From an uncultured virus (IMG/VR IMGVR_UViG_3300045996_000972) (lineage: Duplodnaviria > Heunggongvirae > Uroviricota > Caudoviricetes), in IMG/VR virus record IMGVR_UViG_3300045996_000972: a DNA stretch of 64,000 nt. One strand, written 5' to 3'. How positions within the stretch are numbered: the first letter of the stretch is position 1; every line of letters starts with the position of its first letter. A program made the position numbers and the translations under genes. Below, in pieces: positions 19,225 through 27,348 of the stretch. The notes under the pieces are model-generated. The model was not told where the DNA came from. It worked only from the letters and a program-made list of their open reading frames with translations, and did not search any database.

Positions 19225-19467
19225 ATGGTAAAAGCATTCTTAAAAAAGCTGTTCTCTGCAGATGGAGAAATCTCATCCAAGCGAGTGGTGGGCTTTTTGG
19301 CATTCATGCTCATTTTTGAAATTGTACAATACTATTTGTTCAAACTCAACAGCATCCCGGAATTTATGTTTTGGGGCATTATCACACTGGTGGGAGCTTG
19401 CTTCGGCCTGAACGCCCTTATTGATATGAAGAAAAAAGAGCCTACTAACCCAAACAATAACGAATGA
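19225..19467 (+). CDS. holin (two TM helices)
   Basis: GEISSKRVVGFLAF... with two TMs; ATGA-coupled to the endolysin. Confidence 0.65.
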   Translation: MVKAFLKKLFSADGEISSKRVVGFLAFMLIFEIVQYYLFKLNSIPEFMFWGIITLVGACFGLNALIDMKKKEPTNPNNNE

Positions 19468-19994
19468 TATTCATTTCAGCCGGCCATCATAATCAGGACC
19501 CAGGAGCATCGGGCAAAGGGACCACCGAAGCAGCGCAGACAAAGATCATGCGTGACAAAATTGTCGCAGAGCTCCAAAAATTAGGGTGCAAGTTTATTAC
19601 AGACAACGACAATGAAACCCTGTCCCAATACCTGAAAAGGATTGAAACCGGATCTGGAAGCGTCGTTCTTGAATTACACTTCGACGCATTCAATAAAATA
19701 GCTACCGGATCTACCGCGCTTATGGCCGATGATGCAACAGCCGAAAGCAAGGCTTTTTCGGCTGAATTGGTGGCCACCACTGCCAAAGTGCTAGGAATAC
19801 CCAACCGAGGAGCGAAAGGGGAAGGAGAGTCGAACAGGGGCCGCCTGGGCTTGATGCGTGAACATGGCACCGTTTGTTTGCTGGAAGTGTGTTTTATCGA
19901 CAACGAAAACGATATGCAGAAGTACTACCTGCACAGGGATGAATTGGCCGTGGAGCTGGCCAAGATCATCAAGAAGTACGAGGACTTGAAATAA
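19464..19994 (+). CDS. endolysin, N-acetylmuramoyl-L-alanine amidase (Amidase_3)
   Basis: ISAGH..DPGA..TE, ELHFDA, LLEVCFIDN..D zinc-amidase motifs. Confidence 0.9.
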   Translation: MIFISAGHHNQDPGASGKGTTEAAQTKIMRDKIVAELQKLGCKFITDNDNETLSQYLKRIETGSGSVVLELHFDAFNKIATGSTALMADDATAESKAFSAELVATTAKVLGIPNRGAKGEGESNRGRLGLMREHGTVCLLEVCFIDNENDMQKYYLHRDELAVELAKIIKKYEDLK

Positions 19995-20054
19995 TCTTTG
20001 TTTGCTCATACGCCTCCCCAGGGAGTGGAAGGGAAACCGACCGCTCCCATTTTT
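19995..20054 (+). ncRNA. candidate 3'UTR-derived small RNA C with terminator
   Basis: Seed TCTTTGTTTGCTCATACGCCTCC (19995-20017) then hairpin GGGAGTGG...CCGCTCCC plus T tract. Confidence 0.4.
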
Positions 20055-20069
20055 AAAACAAAAAGGTAA

Positions 20070-22427
20070 ATGCTAACGGAACTTGAATATTTAGAAACAA
20101 ATCCTAATAAGAAAGATGCCGCATGGGCAGACAAACTTATTACGAATTTCCGTCAGCACTGGCAGCCTCTTGTTTCCGAAAAAACGGCGAAGGAGAACAT
20201 GGAATTACTGCTTGGTAAGACGGATATGGATTTCGTAAAGAATATGTTCAAAAATCCAGAAAAGTCCGGATTGTCATTCGTGGCTCTTTTGGTTATTGAA
20301 AAGTTTCGAAATATCCTGATCGCGGAGAGGGACAAAGCGGGGGTTTCCCTTGGGCTGAATAGCATCGATCCTACGGTACTTGATTCCTTCCGTAAAAGAG
20401 ATCGATCGCTTTTATCTAATCGCAAGACGATCGAGGGACTGCTTTCTACACTAAGCGCCAAAATTGGCGATCCTCCATTCAAAATGAAGACCGAACTGTT
20501 TAATGGTAACATTGACAGTTTTGACGAAATAGGGCTGAACGACGAGGAAGATGAAGATCTCAACTACTTCTTCGCGACACACTGGCGACTGTTGCAGGAA
20601 ATAAAAGGCGAGATCGTCTTAAATCATTTCGTGTCTCACAACAAGGTTGCCGGTAATATTGGACGCTGGTGCAATGATATCCTGGCAAAAAAGGCCATAG
20701 CCTATCAGGTGTTCGTAAATCAGCAAACCGGAGCGATAGAGGGTAAATATCTTGCCCCGGAGCAAGTCAAAGCGATATGGGGCGACAACTTGGATTTTCA
20801 GGACGCACCATGTATCGGCTTCGAGAAAAACGTGACTGTTGCGCAACTTTTGAAATATCTCGGTAACGAGTTTGACCCCGAAATCCATTATAAGGATTTG
20901 ATGTATGCTATTAATAGCCTACACGCGAAAACATACACCGGCCTGGAAGCGGCCAGCGGGGCAGTTCTCTGGAAGGATGCGGGTGTAATAGACGGATCAA
21001 AGAATTTGACATCATTAAGTTGGACTTCCTTCTTGAATTACAAACTCACCTTGGGCTATATCGAGTTCAAAAGCCCCGATGCTACAGCATACAAGAAAGG
21101 GAAAAGCGTTCACGGTAACGCAAAAATGTTTCAGCTAGAGAATACTGAAGCAGAAGTGCGATCAGAATACTACACAAAAGAGACGTTCTTTAACGAGGTC
21201 ACATATAAGGCATACTTTATCCCGACCAGTTCACAGACGCAACGCATCTTCCGGTTTGGAAAATTATTTCATCAGACCATAGAGGGCGGAGAAGATGAAT
21301 ATGCGAACTATTCAATTTGCGCATATAAGGAGGTCGGACCGACCGCGGTTGATGTTATCAAGCCCTACGTTTCGATGATCCAGCAAGCATGGACCAAGTT
21401 CGAGTGGATGGTCCGCAAGGCAAAACCCCGAGGACGCACGTATAATTATGAGGCACTGGTGCAGATAGCCGCCAATATGGTGAAGGAGGGCAATAATGCA
21501 TCAAAGGTCAACGCATTAATGGCCACATTCGAGGACGGCATCAATGATATCTACACCATCCCTACCGTAAGAGGCGAAAGGGTTGGCGGCGGACAAAACC
21601 CGTATTTTGATAAACCCAACGGCTTGGACGCAACGGCTAAAGAATTTTTGGATGTTCTTACATTCTGCCATGAAAAATTAGCCAGTGATCTTGGCGTAAA
21701 CGCTATACGTGAGGCGTATTCTCCGGATCCTAACGATGGGTACAAGTTACAGATGGCCGCCCTGCAGCAGTCGCGCAATGCCACCGAATATATGTCCCAA
21801 ATGATCCTGAAGCTCCTGCATCACGCCGGCACCCAGGTCATGTTAATGACACAGGATATTATCAAATTCAAATCGACACTTCCGTACAAGTGGCTGATCA
21901 GCGCAGTTGGCGACGATACCGTTAAAGCCCTTCAGCAGTGCAAGTACGCACATCACCGAATGGGAATATTCGTTGACACGTTTAACCGGGACTACGAGAG
22001 AGAAGAAGTTAAACAGCTTACCCAAAAGGCTTTCCTTGAAGGGAAACTGGACTACGCGCAGTACATGCTGATCCAGGCAGTTGATAGCCCAAGCAAAGCC
22101 GGGATGATACTGGCGTTTGAGACGCGCAGACAAGAAAAGATCAAGCAGAAAGATGCCGAGAAAGCTCATGAATATGCTCTTGCGCAACAGAAGGCCAAGA
22201 CGCAAGGAGAAATGGCTATTATCGATCAGAAGGGTAAATGGGACGTTGAGGGCAAAAACGTGGAAGGTGAATGGTACTATAAAGCTCACAAAGAAACCGC
22301 CGATGCGTCTATTAAGAAGAAACAAATGGACTTGGAAGGTGCCGAGAATAAAGTTGAGAATAAGAAAGAGGCAGATATTGAAACAGAAACTCACAAGAAG
22401 AACTTAGAGCATCAATCACCGCTTTAA
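20070..22427 (+). CDS. portal protein (crAss-like)
   Basis: 785 aa; position before scaffold/MCP; LGVNAIREAYSPDP...GLQ-like...SRNATEY segment; C-terminal coiled coil. Confidence 0.75.
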   Translation: MLTELEYLETNPNKKDAAWADKLITNFRQHWQPLVSEKTAKENMELLLGKTDMDFVKNMFKNPEKSGLSFVALLVIEKFRNILIAERDKAGVSLGLNSIDPTVLDSFRKRDRSLLSNRKTIEGLLSTLSAKIGDPPFKMKTELFNGNIDSFDEIGLNDEEDEDLNYFFATHWRLLQEIKGEIVLNHFVSHNKVAGNIGRWCNDILAKKAIAYQVFVNQQTGAIEGKYLAPEQVKAIWGDNLDFQDAPCIGFEKNVTVAQLLKYLGNEFDPEIHYKDLMYAINSLHAKTYTGLEAASGAVLWKDAGVIDGSKNLTSLSWTSFLNYKLTLGYIEFKSPDATAYKKGKSVHGNAKMFQLENTEAEVRSEYYTKETFFNEVTYKAYFIPTSSQTQRIFRFGKLFHQTIEGGEDEYANYSICAYKEVGPTAVDVIKPYVSMIQQAWTKFEWMVRKAKPRGRTYNYEALVQIAANMVKEGNNASKVNALMATFEDGINDIYTIPTVRGERVGGGQNPYFDKPNGLDATAKEFLDVLTFCHEKLASDLGVNAIREAYSPDPNDGYKLQMAALQQSRNATEYMSQMILKLLHHAGTQVMLMTQDIIKFKSTLPYKWLISAVGDDTVKALQQCKYAHHRMGIFVDTFNRDYEREEVKQLTQKAFLEGKLDYAQYMLIQAVDSPSKAGMILAFETRRQEKIKQKDAEKAHEYALAQQKAKTQGEMAIIDQKGKWDVEGKNVEGEWYYKAHKETADASIKKKQMDLEGAENKVENKKEADIETETHKKNLEHQSPL

Positions 22428-22703
22428 TTCTTTTAGAGTAGGGAAGATAACGTGTTTTTCCACCAACCTGGCGACGCTTATCCCCTCATTATCTGCCATG
22501 GCTTTTAAGTTTTCTTCAATATCGGGAGGAATATCATAGCCTTTTTTAATCTTTTGGCATTTCCCGTCACACTTGCGCTCAACCTCTTTTTTTGCAAGTT
22601 TGACGATGCCACGGAGAACGAGAGAAGATATGCCGCCTTTGGGCTTGTATTCGTTGTCGAGGGTGTTATAATCGTCCTGACAGTATTCGAGGAAAATTAT
22701 CAT
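22416..22703 (-). CDS. small ribbon-helix-helix-like DNA-binding protein
   Basis: YDIPPDIEENLKAMADNEGISVARLVEKHV; own minus-strand TATGTTTG box at 22736-22729. Confidence 0.55.
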   Translation of the reverse strand: MIIFLEYCQDDYNTLDNEYKPKGGISSLVLRGIVKLAKKEVERKCDGKCQKIKKGYDIPPDIEENLKAMADNEGISVARLVEKHVIFPTLKELKR

Positions 22704-22784
22704 ATCTAATCAGATGGGGAATGTTTCTCAAACATACAATCTTTTTTAAGGAAAGAGCAAAATTTGTATAAACACTTTATTCGT

Positions 22785-23828
22785 ATGAGTACATCACACG
22801 CTGAACAAATGTTGGAACAGTCTGCAAGGGAGAGGCAGCCTGCAACAACACAGCCCGAAACCACGCAGCCTGCTACAACGCAGCCGCAGCCGGAGACTAC
22901 GCAGCCACCCACGACCCAACCACAGACCACGCAGCCCGAAACCACGCAGCCAGTAAACGATGATGCAGATCTCATTGCCAAGCTGAAGGAGAGGGGTATC
23001 AATGTGGATAAATTGGACGATCTCAAAAAACCAATCCACAAGGAGCCTACCGAGGAAGAAAAGAAAGAGGCGGACAAAAAGAAAAAGGAAGAGGCCCTGA
23101 AGTACGGACTGGATCAAAAGCTCTATTCGAAAGAAGACTATGATTCCTATGTGCTGGATGCAGCAAAGCCGGCCACAGACATTGCGTTTCAACTTTTCAA
23201 GGATAATTTTTTAGCCGAAATCAAAGGCACAAGCGAGGAAGGTTCTTTCACTGACGAGGATATCAAGGAAGAATTTAATCAGGCTTACAACCTCACCGCC
23301 AACGAAGATTCCGCTAAAAGGAAATTGGGAGAAAAAGCGATTCAGAAGGTGGCCGACAGCTACCTAAAGGATAAGTATGGCAAGATCCTATCTGTTGACG
23401 ACAAGTACACCTCTTTTCAGACAGAACTGGTTAAGGCTGGTCAATACAAGGAAGTAGTTGACAAAGCCTTTGGTTCATTGCCTGAAAAGATCACGTACAA
23501 AGTTGACGGCATTGATGTGGATTTCAAGCTAACGCCGGAAATCGTGGACCAGGTGAAAGCAGTGTATTACGACCCGAAAGCCTACAGGGCATTTGGAAAG
23601 GAAGCCACTGCCGAAAACCTTGTTCAAGCTATCCAAAAAACGATTAGCACAACCGCTTTAGAGCAGCTCATTACAGAAGTTGCCCAAGGCTATCACGCAA
23701 CACAGTTGGCAAACCTCAAATTAGGAAGACAAGGTATTCTTCCTGAAAGAGACAACGGAACTGCAGGTAGCGGGAGTGGTGGTACTAAACATGCTGATGC
23801 CATGCTGGATAACACGAAAGGAAAGTAA
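22785..23828 (+). CDS. capsid scaffolding-like protein with N-terminal TTQP repeats
   Basis: Charged, helical; lies between portal and MCP. Confidence 0.65.
   Translation: MSTSHAEQMLEQSARERQPATTQPETTQPATTQPQPETTQPPTTQPQTTQPETTQPVNDDADLIAKLKERGINVDKLDDLKKPIHKEPTEEEKKEADKKKKEEALKYGLDQKLYSKEDYDSYVLDAAKPATDIAFQLFKDNFLAEIKGTSEEGSFTDEDIKEEFNQAYNLTANEDSAKRKLGEKAIQKVADSYLKDKYGKILSVDDKYTSFQTELVKAGQYKEVVDKAFGSLPEKITYKVDGIDVDFKLTPEIVDQVKAVYYDPKAYRAFGKEATAENLVQAIQKTISTTALEQLITEVAQGYHATQLANLKLGRQGILPERDNGTAGSGSGGTKHADAMLDNTKGK
22836..22952 (+). repeat. degenerate 15-nt coding tandem repeat (QPxTT)
   Basis: QPATTQPETTQPATTQPQPETTQPPTTQPQTTQPETTQP. Confidence 0.9.
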
Positions 23829-23857
23829 CAAGATTGTAAACAACAAAAATTTGAAAG

Positions 23858-25333
23858 ATGTTTTTCAGTAACGCCCCTAAAATTAATACGCAACTATACA
23901 ACATCGACGATTGTTTGAAGTTGCCAGCTTTCAAAGCTGTTCATGAAGCAAGCCGTTCAGGTTCGGTAGAAAACCTGTCAGAATGGGACGCGAACCGTAA
24001 AGCCGAATGGCGCCACTTGGTTCGTGACGCTGTGATCAACCTTGGTGGTGAAAGTATTGACCTGAACTTCTTCAATGAAATGTTCGGCGGAAATATCGAA
24101 ACCATCGACGCGAAAAACCTGTACACGAAGTACAACGCGGACGTTGACTACAACATCGCCGCCCAGGCGGCCGCGACCGGATCAGCTCCCGGTGCAAAGA
24201 AGTGGATCACGCTTGCCAGAGGCTACCATTCCACAAACGGTAAATACTCCTACCCTTCAAAGGGCATGAGCCTGTATATCTACGAAGACGGCCAGAAGCT
24301 GTATGTAGAAGATACTGACCGTTCCGTTGACTACGCCCACAAGCTGTTGGTTACACCGTACAGGAAGAACTACACCGTAAACGTGCGCAAGCAGACACCT
24401 ATCCTGGTGATGCCGGCCCGTATCATCGGCGGAAACTCTTGTATGCTGCCTACCACCACAATGTCAACTCCGGGATACGTGAGCAAGCTCGCGCCGATCC
24501 GTCTGCGTAAAGACTGGTGCACACCGGTTGACCTTATGAAAGGTTACGAAGACATCCTCCAGTGGGCGATCATGTTCGACAAGAACGGTAAAGAGATCGA
24601 TTGCTGGATCACCTACGAAAAGGTGAAAGCATTTGAACAAATGCAGTTGGCGGAAAACCTTGTATTCTTCCTAGGTAACACTATTGACAACCCACTTCTC
24701 CTTGATGTAGTGGTTGACAGCGGTTATACCGGGTTCGATGGCTACCTGCCTACGATCAAGTATGCTGGTGGATTCGTGTACGACTACGATCCTACGTTGG
24801 GCTTCTCGCTCGAACAGGATTATGGTCAGATCATTCTCCGCCAGGATTCTTTGAAAGAGACAAAAGAGTTCTCCGTAATTCACGGCAAGAATTTCATGGT
24901 GAACATGGTTCGCAACTCCAACGAGTTCCTTAAGACGCAGCCCGGCCAGATCGGAATGCAGTCATTCAAGAGGAGCCCAGGCGCGGTTGAGAAATACAGC
25001 ATCACCTCTTACAAGGCGTTCAACAACACGCTTCACTTCAAAGAGTGGGGTTCACTGTCCGATAGCAGGTTACTTGGTAACTACGATATGCCTAACATGG
25101 CGATCATGACACCAACTACCGGCATCAAAGACAGCAAGGGCCGCGCTGTATCTCCGATCGAATTTTATGTACCAAGAGGCTGCGGCGAGAACGGAGCGAT
25201 CGAGGAGCATGATTTCGACCTGAGAGATATCACAGGTTGCGAAGAAATCAAAGGATGGTTGGCTAAAACGCTCATGATGCAAGTTCATGGCGCGAAGAAG
25301 CACATCTTCATCAACCCTGTTGTAAACTGTTAA
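23858..25333 (+). CDS. major capsid protein (crAss-like)
   Basis: 491 aa after the scaffold; strongly biased codons; followed by a terminator; ENLVFFLG...GFDGYLP segment. Confidence 0.75.
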   Translation: MFFSNAPKINTQLYNIDDCLKLPAFKAVHEASRSGSVENLSEWDANRKAEWRHLVRDAVINLGGESIDLNFFNEMFGGNIETIDAKNLYTKYNADVDYNIAAQAAATGSAPGAKKWITLARGYHSTNGKYSYPSKGMSLYIYEDGQKLYVEDTDRSVDYAHKLLVTPYRKNYTVNVRKQTPILVMPARIIGGNSCMLPTTTMSTPGYVSKLAPIRLRKDWCTPVDLMKGYEDILQWAIMFDKNGKEIDCWITYEKVKAFEQMQLAENLVFFLGNTIDNPLLLDVVVDSGYTGFDGYLPTIKYAGGFVYDYDPTLGFSLEQDYGQIILRQDSLKETKEFSVIHGKNFMVNMVRNSNEFLKTQPGQIGMQSFKRSPGAVEKYSITSYKAFNNTLHFKEWGSLSDSRLLGNYDMPNMAIMTPTTGIKDSKGRAVSPIEFYVPRGCGENGAIEEHDFDLRDITGCEEIKGWLAKTLMMQVHGAKKHIFINPVVNC

Positions 25334-25341
25334 TCAAATCG

Positions 25342-25372
25342 GGCGGGAAGGCCGTAACCTTCCTGCCTTTTT
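25342..25372 (+). terminator. intrinsic terminator after MCP
   Basis: GGCGGGAAGG-CCGTAA-CCTTCCTGCC-TTTTT. Confidence 0.8.
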
Positions 25373-25397
25373 ATAAAACCTCCCCCAAACAAAGCGT

Positions 25398-26312
25398 ATG
25401 TCCAAAGAGCAAACAAAGACAAGCAGCGTGAAAGAGCCAAAAGTTCGTGTTTTCGAGCTGGTGGATCAGCAAAATTCATCCTATAAACTGGAAGGTACAG
25501 AAGACGTGTACCTAACATCACCCCTACACCGGGTAATTCCAAGCCAGTCCATTTACGTGGACGAAGCTGGCAAACATCACAGGATCCGTTTCATCAAAGG
25601 TTGCCAAACAATCTTTGTTGATGAACAAACGAAAACCGGATGGGAGCCAAGCAAAACAGGTGCCGATGCGATTGTATTTACTACCGGGAAACTGGTGGCG
25701 ACAGAAGAAGGAGATTTCATTCAAATGTTCGAGTTCTTAGACAAGACCACCCTGAACGAATCACCTTCCAGCGGTCAACGCAAATCCGGTTCAACTATCA
25801 TCTTCCGGGAGATCATTAAAGAAGTCGAGGTCAAAAAAGAGCTTGATAACTTCTTCTCCCAAAAGGCGGTTTACGATGCGCTTGGAACCATTGCAATACC
25901 TGACGGAAAAGGCGGAATACAGTACAAGAAGGAGAAAATCGACAGCCTTTGTACGTTATTCGGTCTTGCTGGATTCGAGGCAGATGCTTATGCTGAAAAG
26001 TTGCAAGCGCTGATCGGGTTTGGTCTTGCCAGGCCGGAATCGTTCATCCATTCAATAGCAAATACACTGGCTGAAAAGCGTGTGCTTGTTCTTGGTGGAC
26101 TGGAAAATGGTGTTTTAGGATGGGATAAGCAAAGCCTGATGTTCATGGATGGCGGGAAGGTTCTGATTACAGCGGAAAGCAAGGACAAGGACCAGAAAAT
26201 TCAGGAAGCGGTTGAGTACCTCCTGTCCGCAGAAGGATTCACCGATCTGCAACAACTGGAAATTGCGGTGAAACACGCGAACGAGAAGAAGCTGCTTGCT
26301 TCTACAACGTAA
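25398..26312 (+). CDS. head-module hypothetical protein
   Basis: ORF after MCP; RIRFIKGCQTIFVDEQ...IVFTTGKL resembles the post-MCP gene of crAss-like Bacteroidota phages. Confidence 0.6.
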   Translation: MSKEQTKTSSVKEPKVRVFELVDQQNSSYKLEGTEDVYLTSPLHRVIPSQSIYVDEAGKHHRIRFIKGCQTIFVDEQTKTGWEPSKTGADAIVFTTGKLVATEEGDFIQMFEFLDKTTLNESPSSGQRKSGSTIIFREIIKEVEVKKELDNFFSQKAVYDALGTIAIPDGKGGIQYKKEKIDSLCTLFGLAGFEADAYAEKLQALIGFGLARPESFIHSIANTLAEKRVLVLGGLENGVLGWDKQSLMFMDGGKVLITAESKDKDQKIQEAVEYLLSAEGFTDLQQLEIAVKHANEKKLLASTT

Positions 26313-26356
26313 GAGCAAACGACAAACCAATTTATATCATTTCTTAATTCATAAAA

Positions 26357-27280
26357 ATGGAACAAATAATCGCCTCCGTTTTTCAACAAAACACCTACGG
26401 CCTGTTTTCCTGCCAACCACAGCGCTCAATCAATTGCAGCAAAGCGGTGGTTGAGGGCATAGAGTGGTTCGTGCCTGAAATTGACGGCAACGATATCATG
26501 AGAGGGTATCGCCGCTGGATCGAAAAAACCGACACAAAGCCCCAAAGCGATGCTGTAAAAACCATCCGCATAAGGGTTGACGGCCAAACCTACTGGCTGG
26601 CAGTTGCTGATGATGCAGTTGCGCAAGACTTCGCAGACGCTTGTAACGAGTGCTGCGAAAACGGTACACCGGTACTTGTTGCGCCAACCATCCCTGAACC
26701 CGTCATCGAATACACCCCACAGGTGGATTCAGACGGCAACAGCACCTTCTTGGTGCCCCTGCCTGATGTGATCACAGGCCAGAAGATCATCCTGGGCGGC
26801 ACCTTCAATGGTGACGAGCCCACTGTCACCCCTGATGCTGCTGGTTACGAAACTGCGGCCGATGTACTCACTTTCGCCAACACGGCCACAACCGGATGGG
26901 CGGAATATGGCACATGGTCGCTGGTAACGCACACCAACGGTCAAAAGAGCCTGAAACTGGTGTCAAACAGTTCGGCTGACACACCGGTTACCTCTGCAGG
27001 TATTACTGCGGCGCTGTTGGAGCAGGAGTTCTGTAACACCCTAACCAACTTCCCTTTCACCTTCGATGCTGTTCATCATAACGGCGTTGAAACAGAAGTG
27101 GCGACCACTACTGTAGCGAATATGGAAGAGCTGATCATCGCGGTGGCCAACATTTTCGCGGATGGAACGATCACGAAATTCTCAGCCTTGAAACTGAATT
27201 ACAAAGGTCCAGGTGTACCATCTGGCTTCGGTTTCGAAGGTGATATAGTCGAGGCGTTCGTGGCCGGAGCTTGTGCGTAA
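26357..27280 (+). CDS. putative auxiliary capsid / decoration protein
   Basis: Acidic, beta-rich, Cys cluster (ACNECC); MCP-like codon bias. Confidence 0.55.
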   Translation: MEQIIASVFQQNTYGLFSCQPQRSINCSKAVVEGIEWFVPEIDGNDIMRGYRRWIEKTDTKPQSDAVKTIRIRVDGQTYWLAVADDAVAQDFADACNECCENGTPVLVAPTIPEPVIEYTPQVDSDGNSTFLVPLPDVITGQKIILGGTFNGDEPTVTPDAAGYETAADVLTFANTATTGWAEYGTWSLVTHTNGQKSLKLVSNSSADTPVTSAGITAALLEQEFCNTLTNFPFTFDAVHHNGVETEVATTTVANMEELIIAVANIFADGTITKFSALKLNYKGPGVPSGFGFEGDIVEAFVAGACA

Positions 27281-27305
27281 TAGTACTTACTAACCCCCAA
27301 TAATC

Positions 27306-27333
27306 GGGTGGCGGTCTTCACCGGCCGTCACCC
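27306..27333 (+). terminator. intergenic stem-loop
   Basis: GGGTGGCGGTC-TTCACC-GGCCGTCACCC with a weak T tail. Confidence 0.55.
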
Positions 27334-27348
27334 ATATTTGAAAGAAAC

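Noticed and set aside
19791..20009. Minus-strand 72-aa ORF with GGAGG upstream
   Set aside because: SD spacing is only 3 nt, the ORF lies antisense to the endolysin and the product is unremarkable; better explained as the sRNA C seed, though not fully excluded
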